This document shows, piece after piece, positions 28,849 to 39,497 of a stretch of DNA of 64,000 nt (positions are counted from its first letter, which is position 1; each line of letters begins with the position of its first letter). The position numbers and the translations under genes are program-made. Source of the DNA: Alistipes sp. GTDB lineage: Bacteria > Bacteroidota > Bacteroidia > Bacteroidales > Rikenellaceae. Below the pieces are notes generated by a model. That model ran no database searches, had not been told where the DNA came from, and was given only the letters and a program-made list of their open reading frames with translations. The stretch is from NCBI GenBank assembly GCA_036651015.1, contig JAVVYP010000001.1:22940-86939 (forward strand), written 5' to 3'.

Positions 28849-29363
28849 AACCGCACCGTATATTTAGCGATGAAGAGGCGTGCGATGAGCCAGATGAAGA
28901 CAATCGACCCGACGCTGCTCACCACAATACGCGCCAAGGTGTGAAACACATAGGTCCACGAAAGTGCCTCTAACGAGAAAAACAAAATGGCGTGCAAGAG
29001 CACCATCGCCACCAAGTAGTTGCGGAATACGCGCGCACCAAATCGCACAGGTGAGGGGATGCCCCCTTCGCGCGCATCGTCGCGACTGTGGAGCCACCCA
29101 ATAAGTTGCGGACGCATAAAGGCCACGGCGAGCGTCGCGATGGTGTTAATGCCGGCCGTTCCCATCGCCGCATCCATCACCGCACCCATCAACAAACCGC
29201 TACCCAACAACACAATGTGGGGGGTGTCGAGTGGCAAAAGGATGATGAAGACAATGTATATCAGCGGATTGAAGTAGACGCTGATCGACAAATTATCGAA
29301 CAGAAACACCTGCAACAGCACGGCTATCACAAAAAGCATAAAATATGGAAGTGCGCGATACAT
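28845..29363 (-). CDS. mreD: Rod shape-determining protein MreD
   Basis: Hydrophobic 172-aa protein between mreC and mrdA. Confidence 0.88.
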   Translation of the reverse strand: MYRALPYFMLFVIAVLLQVFLFDNLSISVYFNPLIYIVFIILLPLDTPHIVLLGSGLLMGAVMDAAMGTAGINTIATLAVAFMRPQLIGWLHSRDDAREGGIPSPVRFGARVFRNYLVAMVLLHAILFFSLEALSWTYVFHTLARIVVSSVGSIVFIWLIARLFIAKYTVRL

Positions 29364-30215
29364 CTATTGTCGTATGTGTTGTTGTACTTTCTCACTATTT
29401 TCCAGATCGCGAATCTCGTACAAGTCTCGATTTTCGACCAAAACGACGTCAGCTTGACGCGAAATTTCGGCAGCCAGACGCACCCGCACGCGATAAGCGG
29501 TGCGTGTTTCGTTCAACTCGGCACTCTCCACCCAGCCGATCAACACATCGGGCGGAAAGTATTCCGAAAAACCGGTCGTCACCACCTCCTGTCCGGGCTG
29601 CGGATCGGCGTATTTCGACAACTCATCCAGCACCACCACCGACTGATCCAGCCCGTCCCAATAGATCGAACCCGAATAATTGGTGTCAACCAAACGACCG
29701 CTGGCACGAAACGAGGTATTGAGCACCGACATCACCACCGCATAATGCTCCGTGCAATCCACCACATAGCCCACCATCGCCCCTTCGGGAGAAAGCACAC
29801 CCATCTCCACAACCACACTGTCGGCACGACCGCGATTGAGCGTTATCAAATTTTGGGCACGATTAACGGAATTGGAGACCACCGTAGCGACCGACAGCCG
29901 ATATTTCGACACACCGATCGAGGCCATATAGCCGTCGAGCTGTGCCGCATTCTCCGCCTCGCGGTACTGCGCCAATCGCTCTTCAAGTTGGGTAACACGC
30001 CCAAGCAGGGCACGATTTTCGTCACCCAGAAAAAAGAAACGCCGCACACCCGTGAAAAGGCTATGAACACCCCCTGCTACCCGATTGGAATGGGATAGCA
30101 GTCGTGCCTCGGTGTAGTAGGTAGAACGGGCGTAATAGCTGATGGCCACGATCTCCAACACTACGAATAACACGAATACATAGATGCTGCGGATGAACTC
30201 AAAAAGCTTACGCAC
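29364..30215 (-). CDS. mreC: Rod shape-determining protein MreC
   Basis: TM, coiled coil, ITLNRG..D, VVTTGFS..FPP; GTG start. Confidence 0.92.
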   Translation of the reverse strand: MRKLFEFIRSIYVFVLFVVLEIVAISYYARSTYYTEARLLSHSNRVAGGVHSLFTGVRRFFFLGDENRALLGRVTQLEERLAQYREAENAAQLDGYMASIGVSKYRLSVATVVSNSVNRAQNLITLNRGRADSVVVEMGVLSPEGAMVGYVVDCTEHYAVVMSVLNTSFRASGRLVDTNYSGSIYWDGLDQSVVVLDELSKYADPQPGQEVVTTGFSEYFPPDVLIGWVESAELNETRTAYRVRVRLAAEISRQADVVLVENRDLYEIRDLENSEKVQQHIRQ

Positions 30216-30232
30216 GGTTTCTCGCTAATTTA

Positions 30233-30391
30233 GAAGCTGTTAAATTTGTGACCGAAGTTATCTTAGCGCTATTTTTGTCTCAGTTTTCGTTCTGTAAATC
30301 CGATTTTAGCGCGCTAAATGGGGATTTGTAGGGCGACAACCGGGGCAAAAAGAGCCGAAAAGAACGAGAGCTGTAAATTTAAAACAGCTTC
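30233..30391. mobile_element. 159-bp non-autonomous MITE-like element
   Basis: TIRs GAAGCTGTT(TT)AAATTT; TTA duplication at 30230-30232 and 30392-30394; the interior is one long imperfect hairpin centred on TTTAGCGCGCTAAA. Confidence 0.85.
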
Positions 30392-31411
30392 TTACTTCAT
30401 CAAAAATGAGAAGCGGTCGATATTTTTCAGCGCGATACCCGTGCCGCGAGCAATGGCACGCAACGGATCCTCGGCGACGTGGAAAGCGATGCCGACCTTC
30501 TCGTTCAAACGACGATCAAGCCCCTTGATCAGGGCACCGCCACCAGCCAAGTAGATGCCGTTTTTGACAATGTCGGCATACAATTCAGGCGGCATAGATT
30601 CGAGCACTTTGAGCAGCGCCGAGTCGATCTTGGAGAGCGATTTTTCGAGCGCATAGGCGATCTCGCCGTAGCTGAGCGCCACGGTTTGAGGCAGCGCGGT
30701 CAACATATTGGGACCCGTCACCACGAAATCTTCGGGTTCCTGCTCCAAGGTGGTGGCAGCGGCGCCGATCGAGCATTTGATTGCTTCGGCCGTACGCTCG
30801 CCAATGCGAACATTATGTTGTTGGCGCACATAGCTTTGAATTTCGGTCGTAAAGACGTCACCGGCCACATTGATCGACTCCGAGCAGACGATACCGCCCA
30901 GCGAGATGCAAGCGATCTCGGTGGTACCGCCACCGATGTCGATCACCATATTGCCTTCGGGCGCTTCGACATCCAAACCGGCACCCAATGCCGCAGCCAT
31001 CGGTTCGTAGATCATATAAACCTCACGGCCACCGGCGTGCTCGGCCGAGTCGCGCACGGCACGAATCTCGACATTGGTCGAACCCGAGGGGATACAAATC
31101 ACCATCCGCAACGACGGCGCGAAGAGGCTTCCCGAGGTCTTGACCTTTTTGATCATACCGCGCAGCATCAACTCCGTGGCGTTAAAATCGGCGATCACAC
31201 CATCTTTCAACGGACGAATGGTTTTGATGTTCGGATTGGTTTTCTCGTGCATTTGACGGGCTTGGTGCCCGATCGCCACAACACGACCCGTGTGGACATC
31301 AAGTGCCACAATCGAAGGTTCATCAACGACTACTTTGCCGTTATAAATTATCAGCGTATTGGCCGTGCCGAGGTCTATGGCCAACTCCTGTGTTAAAGAT
31401 AAAAATCCCAT
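30392..31411 (-). CDS. mreB: Actin-like MreB
   Basis: IDLGTAN, RPLKDGVIADF, EPMAAALG, DIGGGTT, LAGGGAL. Confidence 0.97.
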   Translation of the reverse strand: MGFLSLTQELAIDLGTANTLIIYNGKVVVDEPSIVALDVHTGRVVAIGHQARQMHEKTNPNIKTIRPLKDGVIADFNATELMLRGMIKKVKTSGSLFAPSLRMVICIPSGSTNVEIRAVRDSAEHAGGREVYMIYEPMAAALGAGLDVEAPEGNMVIDIGGGTTEIACISLGGIVCSESINVAGDVFTTEIQSYVRQQHNVRIGERTAEAIKCSIGAAATTLEQEPEDFVVTGPNMLTALPQTVALSYGEIAYALEKSLSKIDSALLKVLESMPPELYADIVKNGIYLAGGGALIKGLDRRLNEKVGIAFHVAEDPLRAIARGTGIALKNIDRFSFLMK

Positions 31412-31605
31412 ACTATTACACGCAGCTGTTATGTTTCATTAATATACTACAATTCAATCAAATACGCAGTACACCGCAGCGGTTTTGCGATACATTTTCG
31501 TCCCACGCGGTTATACCTTGGCAAAGGTAGCAAAAAGCGAGGGAACTTTTTATGTTTTTTTGTTATTATTTTTAATTACATTTGTATTCCGTAAAATTGA
31601 TTGGA

Positions 31606-32613
31606 ATGGAGTATAAGATAGGAAACGAAGTACGTTGCGCGGTCATCGGCTACGGCAGCTGGGCAACAGCCATTGTGGGCTTGCTCACCACCAACGAGAC
31701 GCGCGTGGGGTGGTATGTACGTAACCCCGAAGTGCTGGAGTCGCTGCTCACCGAGGGTCGCAACGCGCGCTATCTGAGCGATTTGGAGTTCGACACCCAA
31801 CGCATTGCCCCCTCCGATGATCTCAACCAAGTGGTGCGCGAAGCCGACATCCTGATTTTGGCCACACCATCGGCCTACCTGAAGAATTTTCTGGAGCCGT
31901 TGACCGTTTCGCTCAAAGACAAATTCATCATTTCGGCCATCAAAGGCATCGTGCCGGGCGAGTATCAAACCATCGCCGAATATATGCACGACCACTACGA
32001 TCTGTCGTACCAACAAATCGGGCTGATCACCGGTCCCTCACACGCCGAGGAGGTTTCGCGTGGCAAACTCTCCTACCTGACGGTGGTCTGCACCGACCCG
32101 GATAATGCCCACCTGATCGGCGAGAAATTCACCACCGAAGCCATTCGCCTGAGCTACTCGACAGACCTCTACGGCATCGAATACGCCGCCATCTTGAAGA
32201 ATATCTACGCGCTTTCGGTCGGACTGGCCGTCGGACTGGGCTACGGCGACAACTTTCTATCGGTGCTGATTTCGAACAGCGCCGGCGAGATGACGCGTTT
32301 TTTGGAGGAGAGCTACCCCACGCCGCGCAACACACAAGTATCGGCCTATTTGGGCGATCTGCTGGTCACTTGCTACTCGGCTTACAGCCGCAACCGCCGA
32401 TTGGGACTCCTGATCGGCCACGGCAACACCGTAAAAAGTGCGCTCAACGAGATGACAATGGTGGCCGAGGGCTACTTCGCCGCCGACTGCATCCGCCACA
32501 TCAATGGCCGCCACAAGGTCGAAATGCCCATCGCCGAAATGGTCTACAAAGTGCTCTACGAAGGGGCATCGGCGCGTAAGTGTATGAAAGAACTGACAAC
32601 CAAACTCATTTGA
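31606..32613 (+). CDS. gpsA: NAD(P)H-dependent glycerol-3-phosphate dehydrogenase
   Basis: [43 protein letters not shown]. Confidence 0.95.
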   Translation: MEYKIGNEVRCAVIGYGSWATAIVGLLTTNETRVGWYVRNPEVLESLLTEGRNARYLSDLEFDTQRIAPSDDLNQVVREADILILATPSAYLKNFLEPLTVSLKDKFIISAIKGIVPGEYQTIAEYMHDHYDLSYQQIGLITGPSHAEEVSRGKLSYLTVVCTDPDNAHLIGEKFTTEAIRLSYSTDLYGIEYAAILKNIYALSVGLAVGLGYGDNFLSVLISNSAGEMTRFLEESYPTPRNTQVSAYLGDLLVTCYSAYSRNRRLGLLIGHGNTVKSALNEMTMVAEGYFAADCIRHINGRHKVEMPIAEMVYKVLYEGASARKCMKELTTKLI

Positions 32614-32617
32614 TAAT

Positions 32618-33949
32618 ATGGAAACTGTGAAATTAGACATTGGCAAAACCGGCATCACGATCTCGGCCGCAATGCAACACAAAGCACAAGAAGCCAACAA
32701 ATTACTGCACGCAGGCACAGGTGCCGGTAGCGACTTTTTGGGCTGGATACACCTCCCTTCATCCATCACCAAAGCCGACCTTGCGGCCATCGAAGCACAG
32801 GCCGCCAAGTTGCGCGCCAAGGCCGACGTGATCATCTGCATCGGCATCGGTGGCTCGTACTTGGGTGCCAAGGCCGTACTCGAGGCGATGGGTGACTCAT
32901 TCAAGTTGCTCCACAAACAGCAGAACGACCCGACGGTGATCTTTGCCGGGCAGAACCTCTCGGAGGACTACATCCACGAGTTGCTGGCCGCCACCAAGGA
33001 GCATTCGATCGCCACCATCGTCATCTCCAAATCGGGAACCACCACCGAGCCGGCCATCGCCTTCCGCCTGATCAAGGCCGAAATCGAACAGCGCTACGGC
33101 AAAGCGGAGGCCGCCGAACGTATTGTGGCCATCACCGACAAATCACGCGGCGCCCTCAAGACGCTGGCCACCAACGAGGGTTATCCGACCTTCGTTATCC
33201 CCGACGACGTAGGCGGACGCTTCTCGGTGCTGACCTCCGTGGGTTTGCTGCCACTGGCCGTCGCCGGCGTGGACATCGCCGCCCTTGTGCGCGGTGCACA
33301 AGAGATGGAGCAGGCAACCGCCGACAGCGTTGCTTTTGAGAAAAATCCTGCGGCCATCTATGCTGCCGTGCGCAACGAACTCTACGGCGGTGGCAAGAAA
33401 ATCGAGATTTTAGGCTCCTATGAACCGAAGATCCAATACCTCGGCGAGTGGTGGAAACAGCTTTACGGCGAGAGTGAGGGCAAGACCGGCAAGGGTATCT
33501 TCCCGGCCAGCGTCACCCTGACGGCCGACCTGCACTCGATGGGACAGTACATCCAAGACGGCGAGCGCACCCTCTTTGAGACCATTATCTCGGTGGTCAA
33601 CCCGGCCAACAAGGTCATCGTTGCCACCGACAAAGAGAACCTCGACGGGCTGAATTTTATGGCTGGTAAACGCATTTCGGAGGTCAACCGAATGGCCGAA
33701 TTGGGCGTGCAGTTGGCGCACCAAGACGGAGGGGTACCCAACATCCGCATCGAAATTCCGCGAATCGACGCCCACACGATCGGCTCGCTGCTCTACTTCT
33801 TCGAGAAGGCGTGCGGCATCAGCGGCTACATCCTCGGCGTCAACCCCTTTGACCAACCGGGTGTGGAGGCCTACAAAAAGAATATGTTTGCCCTGCTCGA
33901 CAAACCCGGCTACGAGCAGGCTTCGAAAGAGATCAAAGCGCGGTTGTAA
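32618..33949 (+). CDS. pgi: Glucose-6-phosphate isomerase
   Basis: [49 protein letters not shown]. Confidence 0.97.
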   Translation: METVKLDIGKTGITISAAMQHKAQEANKLLHAGTGAGSDFLGWIHLPSSITKADLAAIEAQAAKLRAKADVIICIGIGGSYLGAKAVLEAMGDSFKLLHKQQNDPTVIFAGQNLSEDYIHELLAATKEHSIATIVISKSGTTTEPAIAFRLIKAEIEQRYGKAEAAERIVAITDKSRGALKTLATNEGYPTFVIPDDVGGRFSVLTSVGLLPLAVAGVDIAALVRGAQEMEQATADSVAFEKNPAAIYAAVRNELYGGGKKIEILGSYEPKIQYLGEWWKQLYGESEGKTGKGIFPASVTLTADLHSMGQYIQDGERTLFETIISVVNPANKVIVATDKENLDGLNFMAGKRISEVNRMAELGVQLAHQDGGVPNIRIEIPRIDAHTIGSLLYFFEKACGISGYILGVNPFDQPGVEAYKKNMFALLDKPGYEQASKEIKARL

Positions 33950-33964
33950 GCGCACGGCTTGATC

Positions 33965-34002
33965 AATCAAAAAGGCGAACCTTGCGGTTCGCCTTTTTGA
34001 TT
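33965..34002. terminator. Bidirectional intrinsic terminator
   Basis: AATCAAAAAGGCGAAC...GTTCGCCTTTTTGATT, 16-bp stem with A/T tails. Confidence 0.88.
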
Positions 34003-34051
34003 AGAAACTGCTTTTAGAAGCAGCTTCCGTCTCTGTTCGACCTCGACGGAT

Positions 34052-34510
34052 CTACATAAACGGTTTTTGCGAAACGGCAGCTCGCGAGACGGCAGCTTTC
34101 AACTCCTCGGGCAACACCGCAGCTGCATATTCGGAGATCGTATCGTCATTCAACGACTTCAAAACCATCGTTTTATCGGTTTGGCTTTGGATCAGATAGC
34201 TGCTTTCCCAAGCGGTATTATCCGTATATTTTCCGCTCAGTATTTCGTGGTTCTGTCCATCTTTGGCGATCGTATAAGTCCCCGTAAATTTGGTAAATCC
34301 GGGTGCATCAATACTTTGATAGAGGATAAACGAATGATCACTGTTCAGTTGCAGATAGACCTTGCCGGCCGCTGCCGCGGAACCTGCCCATGAGGTCAAC
34401 TTCCAACTGTTGGGCATCATTGTGCCCTCCTCGTTTTTGCTGCTCTCGCCGCAGCTCGCGGCCACCAAAGCGACCAAGGCTAAAACCCAAAATTTCACGC
34501 CAATTTTCAT
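34052..34510 (-). CDS. Lipocalin-like lipoprotein
   Basis: Lipobox VAASC, SWKLTSW, LQLNSDHSF.LYQ, FTGTY beta-rich pattern. Confidence 0.7.
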   Translation of the reverse strand: MKIGVKFWVLALVALVAASCGESSKNEEGTMMPNSWKLTSWAGSAAAAGKVYLQLNSDHSFILYQSIDAPGFTKFTGTYTIAKDGQNHEILSGKYTDNTAWESSYLIQSQTDKTMVLKSLNDDTISEYAAAVLPEELKAAVSRAAVSQKPFM

Positions 34511-34613
34511 ACGCAAACCCCTCCGCAGTTGTTATTCAACGGATACAGGTTCACAAATGTAGAAAATGATAATCAAAAAACAAAATTTGGGACAAAAAAA
34601 CGCACACAACTCC

Positions 34614-34630
34614 TTGGCATAAAAAATGCA
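34614..34630 (+). promoter_or_regulatory. Putative sigma54 -24/-12 promoter
   Basis: TTGGCATAAAAAATGCA = GG-N10-GC, 25 nt before the ATG at 34656. Confidence 0.55.
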
Positions 34631-34655
34631 CCCCTGTTTGTGCTAAGAATATCTT

Positions 34656-35312
34656 ATGAAATTACGTCCGTTATTCATCCTCTTGTTGTTCGTCGTCTCG
34701 GCAGGAATCCTGACGTGGCTCTATATGGTCTGGTCGCGCGAACCTACACCCCTCCAAACGACCGACTGGCGTGAAGTCGTGTCGGATTTGGACGCGTGCT
34801 GTCGTCGGAAACACGTCAAGTCGGTGCAATACGACCATTTTGCCACCCAAGCCACCACCGAACAACAGCGCAACGCCGCCCACCTGTTCCGCGCAATGGC
34901 GCTCTCCGCTCGACTGCAAGAGAACAACTGCGCCACGGCCATTGTGCGCTTGGGCGGCCACTACGCGCCCCCCTCGAAAGTACTGGTTTTCCGCGGCACG
35001 ACGGATAGCAACCTCCAACGCAGCATTACCTACGAACACCGAACGCGCGACGAGATCCGCCGTAGCGATATTGATCGGGCAGTGGCACGAGGCAACCGTT
35101 ACGCCGCGCGCGTCTTGATTTGGGCTGCGGCCGGGGATTTGCGACACATCGCCTTGATGGAGCATTGTCGGAGTGCGAATGTCGACACCCCGACCCACAT
35201 CGACTGTTATCAGGTCTGTCCGCTCTGTGGCTCGATCTACACGGCAGACTACACCGACACCTATTGCCCGATCTGTTTGACCGACGGTCGTAAATTCATT
35301 GGGTGCCAATAG
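34656..35312 (+). CDS. Membrane-anchored rubrerythrin-like protein (degenerate di-iron site, rubredoxin-like C-terminus)
   Basis: N-terminal TM; Y..FA..A..E....A.LFRA.A; GTT..NL; CPLCG...CPIC. Confidence 0.75.
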   Translation: MKLRPLFILLLFVVSAGILTWLYMVWSREPTPLQTTDWREVVSDLDACCRRKHVKSVQYDHFATQATTEQQRNAAHLFRAMALSARLQENNCATAIVRLGGHYAPPSKVLVFRGTTDSNLQRSITYEHRTRDEIRRSDIDRAVARGNRYAARVLIWAAAGDLRHIALMEHCRSANVDTPTHIDCYQVCPLCGSIYTADYTDTYCPICLTDGRKFIGCQ

Positions 35313-35359
35313 GGTGTTTACGCCACTCAGATCATCGAATTTTGGACCGCCGTCAACCT

Positions 35360-37585
35360 CTACTTCAATCGGAAAGCCACCTGCTGAAGATCGCGCGACG
35401 AGGTGCCGACGAGCAGCGTGAAGTCGCCCTTTTCGACCACATAATTGAGCGCGTTATCGTAAAATCCAAGCTGCGCGTCGGTAATATCAAACGACACGCG
35501 ACGGCTTTCGCCTGCCTGCAAATTGATCTTCTCAAAACCACGCAACTCTTTGACTGGTCGCGTGATCGACGCCACTTCGTCACGCACATACAGCTGCACG
35601 ACCTCCTCTCCGGCACGTGTGCCGGTGTTAGTCACTGTGACGGCAACACGCGCGTGCACACCCTCTCCGTCGCCTTCGCTCACCGCGAGTTCCGAGTAGG
35701 CAAAGCGCGTGTAGGAGAGTCCGTAGCCGAAGGGATAGGCCGGCTCGTAGGAGGTGTCGATGTAGCTGGTTGTCCACCCCTCGGGAGATTGCGGACGCCC
35801 CGTGCTCTTGAATTGGTAGTAGAGGGGCACTTGTCCGATCTGCGCCGGAAAGGTCATCGGCAGCTTGGCCGAGGGGTTGTAATCGCCCCACAGCACGTTG
35901 CAGAGCGCCGTACCGGCCTCACAACCCAGCCACCACGTGCAGAGAATCGCCGAGGCCGAATGGCGCACCTGATTGAAAATCACCGGACGACCGCACATCA
36001 GCAACACGATGACCGGCTTACCGCTTTTGCGCAACTCCTCGACCAGTTTTTGCTGCTCGGCGGCGATCGTGATGTCGGCTTTCGAACAGCGTTCGCCCGA
36101 CTCCAACGAGCGTTCGCCCAAGGCCACCACCACCACATCGGATTTGGCCGCTTGCGCCATAGCGCCCTCCAAGTCGATGATCACATTTTTATCAAAGTCG
36201 TAGCCCGGGCTGTAATTGACCTCGACGCCGCGTTTAAGCAGGGCGTCGTACAAGGTGACCACCCCTTCGTGATCCGACCAAAGCGACCACGAACCGAGCA
36301 TATCTGATTGTGTTTTAGCCAATTGTCCGATCAGCGCAACACGACGCACCTGCGGTGAAAGCGGCAATGCAGCATTGTGATTTTCGAGCAGCACCATCGA
36401 CCGTTCGGCCATTCGGCGTGCCGCATCGCGCATCGCGGCACTGCGCAGTGTGGCGGCCGCACGCGCCTCGTTGCAATAACGATAGGGATCTGCAAAAAGC
36501 CCCAATTCGTATTTTTTATTCAGAATGCGACGCACCGCCTCATCGAGTACCGCCTCTTTGACCACCCCTTTGCGGATCAAATCGGAGAGGTGTGTGTGGT
36601 AATTGAGGGTCACCATCTCCATATCCAGACCGGCATTGAGTGCCTTGGCAGCCGCATCGGCGCCGTCGGCCGCATAACGGTGGGCGAGCATCTCGCTGAC
36701 GGCATTCATATCCGAGACCACAAAACCATCGAAGCCCCACCGCTCTTTAAGCAGCCGACGCAGCAAAAACTCGTTAGCCGTGCAAGGGATGTTGTTCAGG
36801 TCGTTGAATGCGGTCATAACCGTCGCCGCACCAGCTTCGACAGCCGCTTTGTAGGGTGGCATATAGAAGTTGGCGAAGTGTCCGAGCGACATATCGACGC
36901 TGTTGTAGTCTTTGCCGGCAATCGGCGCGCCGTAGCCTGCGAAATGTTTCACACAAGCCATTATGGTGTTTTCGGCCGCCAAATCCTCCCCTTGAAATCC
37001 GTGAACACGCGCCGCGGCCACCCGAGCACCATAGTACGGATCCTCGCCGGCACCCTCCATTACACGACCCCAACGCGCATCCCAACTCACATCGACCATC
37101 GGCGCAAAAGTCCAGTTACACCCTTCGGCAGCGGCTTCGGTGGCTGCCCAGCGCGCCGACTCCTCGATCATCTTCAGGTCGAAACTTGCCGCCTCGGCCA
37201 GTGGCAGGGGAAAGCCAATGCGGTAGCCGTGGATGACGTCCAGTCCGAAGATCAACGGAATTTGCAGCCGTGACTGCATCGCGGCCTGCTGGTATTTGCG
37301 CACACTGTCCAACCCCAAGATGTTGAGCATCGAGCCTATCTCGCCCTTGACAACAGGCTCGGTACGGGGGATGCGTTCGTTGTTGGGACCCGTCAAATCG
37401 CCACCTCCGGCACATTGGCACAACTGCCCGACCTTCTCTTCGAGGGTCATTCTTTGCATTAGTTTGGCGACAAAACGGTCACGATCGCGCGTCTGTTTGC
37501 CGGACGCTTCGGCAGGGACAACTCGAAGTGTCGTGCCCAAAAGCAGGAATAACAGGCAGAGCCTGTGCACTCTTATTTTTTTCAT
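35360..37585 (-). CDS. GH3 beta-glucosidase (BglX-like), exported
   Basis: DVIHG, WGR..EG.GED, KHFA.YG, GFVVSD nucleophile, PFGYGLSYT, EVVQLY Fn3 domain. Confidence 0.93.
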   Translation of the reverse strand: MKKIRVHRLCLLFLLLGTTLRVVPAEASGKQTRDRDRFVAKLMQRMTLEEKVGQLCQCAGGGDLTGPNNERIPRTEPVVKGEIGSMLNILGLDSVRKYQQAAMQSRLQIPLIFGLDVIHGYRIGFPLPLAEAASFDLKMIEESARWAATEAAAEGCNWTFAPMVDVSWDARWGRVMEGAGEDPYYGARVAAARVHGFQGEDLAAENTIMACVKHFAGYGAPIAGKDYNSVDMSLGHFANFYMPPYKAAVEAGAATVMTAFNDLNNIPCTANEFLLRRLLKERWGFDGFVVSDMNAVSEMLAHRYAADGADAAAKALNAGLDMEMVTLNYHTHLSDLIRKGVVKEAVLDEAVRRILNKKYELGLFADPYRYCNEARAAATLRSAAMRDAARRMAERSMVLLENHNAALPLSPQVRRVALIGQLAKTQSDMLGSWSLWSDHEGVVTLYDALLKRGVEVNYSPGYDFDKNVIIDLEGAMAQAAKSDVVVVALGERSLESGERCSKADITIAAEQQKLVEELRKSGKPVIVLLMCGRPVIFNQVRHSASAILCTWWLGCEAGTALCNVLWGDYNPSAKLPMTFPAQIGQVPLYYQFKSTGRPQSPEGWTTSYIDTSYEPAYPFGYGLSYTRFAYSELAVSEGDGEGVHARVAVTVTNTGTRAGEEVVQLYVRDEVASITRPVKELRGFEKINLQAGESRRVSFDITDAQLGFYDNALNYVVEKGDFTLLVGTSSRDLQQVAFRLK

Positions 37586-37598
37586 TTCAAACAATTTC

Positions 37599-38798
37599 TT
37601 ACAATTTATCGAGGCATTCGAGGATCAAAGCCGCACTTTCTCGCACCTGCTCTTCGGAGATGGTCAGCGGCGGCGAGATGCGAAATGCCGTGTCACAAAA
37701 GAGGAACCAGTCGCTCAGAATGCCGGCTTGCGTGAACAACTCCATCACGCGGTAGAGCCGCGCCGACTCCCCTAACTCGACCGCCAACAGCAGCCCACTG
37801 CGACGAATTTCTCGCACAGCCGGATGGCCGCCCAGTAGCTCTTCGTACAACGCACCCTTGGCCTCCACACCCTCAACGATCTTGTTGTCGATCAAATAGT
37901 TCAATGCGGCCAGTCCAGCAGCGCAGCACACCGGATGACCGCCGAAGGTGGTGATGTGTCCCAGCACAGGATCGCTTTGCAGCGTCGCCATCACCTCACC
38001 GCGAGCCACAAACGCCCCAAGGGGCATACCGCCACCAAAGGCCTTGGCCAAGCAGACAACATCGGGCGTGACGCCGTATTTGAGCATCGCAAAGAGCGCA
38101 CCCGTACGCCCCATACCGGTTTGAATCTCGTCGAAAATGAGCAGCGCGCCCACTTCGTCGCACCGCTTGCGCAGCGCCTGCAAATAACCTGCGTGGGGCG
38201 GTCGCACCCCAGCCTCGCCCTGCACCGGCTCCACCAGCACACACGCCGTGCGACTGGTGATCTGTTGCAAAGCGGCCTTATCGTTGAATTCAATGGATTG
38301 CACATCGGGCAACAGGGGTCGAAATGCCCCTTTCCACTCCTCGCCTTCGGGGGAACCCATCACGCTCATCGCGCCGTGTGTCGAACCGTGATAGGCGCGC
38401 CGCATCGAGATCATTTCGGTGCGATGGGTGAAGCGTTTGGCCAATTTAAGTGCCCCCTCAACCGCCTCGGCACCCGAATTGACAAAATAGACACTCTCCA
38501 AGGGATCGGGCAACAGTGCGGCAATCTTGGTGGCATACTCCACCTGCGGCGCCTCGACCAGTTCGCCGTAGACCATCACGTGCATATAGCGCGCGGCTTG
38601 CTCCTGCACAGCACGCACCACCGCCGGATTGGCGTGTCCCACGTTGCTCACCGAGACGCCGGCCACCAAGTCGTAGTAGCGCTTGCCCTCGGGGGTATAG
38701 AAGAACGACCCCTCGGCGCGTGCAACCTCCACCAACAGGGGTGATGGCGAGGTCTGTCCGACGTGCGCCAAAAATTGTTTTCTCAAAATTGTATTCAT
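37599..38798 (-). CDS. Class III PLP aminotransferase (acetylornithine aminotransferase-like)
   Basis: NSGAEAVE.ALK, YHGST, EPVQGEAG, DEIQTG.GRTG, AKAFGGG.P, TFGG.P. Confidence 0.9.
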   Translation of the reverse strand: MNTILRKQFLAHVGQTSPSPLLVEVARAEGSFFYTPEGKRYYDLVAGVSVSNVGHANPAVVRAVQEQAARYMHVMVYGELVEAPQVEYATKIAALLPDPLESVYFVNSGAEAVEGALKLAKRFTHRTEMISMRRAYHGSTHGAMSVMGSPEGEEWKGAFRPLLPDVQSIEFNDKAALQQITSRTACVLVEPVQGEAGVRPPHAGYLQALRKRCDEVGALLIFDEIQTGMGRTGALFAMLKYGVTPDVVCLAKAFGGGMPLGAFVARGEVMATLQSDPVLGHITTFGGHPVCCAAGLAALNYLIDNKIVEGVEAKGALYEELLGGHPAVREIRRSGLLLAVELGESARLYRVMELFTQAGILSDWFLFCDTAFRISPPLTISEEQVRESAALILECLDKL

Positions 38799-38816
38799 CG
38801 TGTATTTTGTCGTCTC

Positions 38817-39497
38817 TTATTCGAATTTACGTGCAAGGATGGCCGGCGCATCGTGCACACTTCGGCAGAGCCAGCGATAGAGCACCTCGGCCTGCTCATC
38901 GGCCCGCATCGGCCACGCCTCAACGGTCTGCCGCACCCGTTCCGAGAGCATATAAATAAGGATGGCCGCCGAAGCCGAGACGTTCAAGCTCTCGACCAAA
39001 CCACACATCGGAATGCGCAGAAATTCGTCGGCCGCGGCGAAGACCTCGTCCGAGATGCCGGCGTGCTCGGTGCCCAACACCAGCGCAAAGGGACCTCGCG
39101 TGACGTCGAACGTCTCGGGGGTGCTCTCGTCACGGTGGGGCGTGGTAGCCACAATGCGGTAACCCTCACGGCGCAAGGCAGCAAGGGCGTCGGTGGTCGA
39201 ACGATGACTTTCGAGATCGACCCATTGATCGGTGCCCAACACAATATCGGGGTTGGGACGAAACGGACAAAGCGTCTCGACGGTGTGCATCCGCTGCACG
39301 CCGAAGGCCTCGCAATGGCGAATCAGTGCAGCGGCATTCTGTCCGTGAAACATATTTTCGGCCAGCACGGTCAGGTAGCGCGTGCGGTGTGACACCACTT
39401 TTTGCAGGGTGTCATAGCGCTCGGGCGTCACAAATTCTGCCAGATAAGCAATGCGCTCGGTATACCACGACAACTCCTTATTTACGGTATTTGTCAT
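38817..39497 (-). CDS. trmH: TrmH/SpoU family tRNA 2'-O-methyltransferase
   Basis: N..A..RHCEAFG, LVLGTE..G, IPM.G.VESLNVS. Confidence 0.85.
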   Translation of the reverse strand: MTNTVNKELSWYTERIAYLAEFVTPERYDTLQKVVSHRTRYLTVLAENMFHGQNAAALIRHCEAFGVQRMHTVETLCPFRPNPDIVLGTDQWVDLESHRSTTDALAALRREGYRIVATTPHRDESTPETFDVTRGPFALVLGTEHAGISDEVFAAADEFLRIPMCGLVESLNVSASAAILIYMLSERVRQTVEAWPMRADEQAEVLYRWLCRSVHDAPAILARKFE

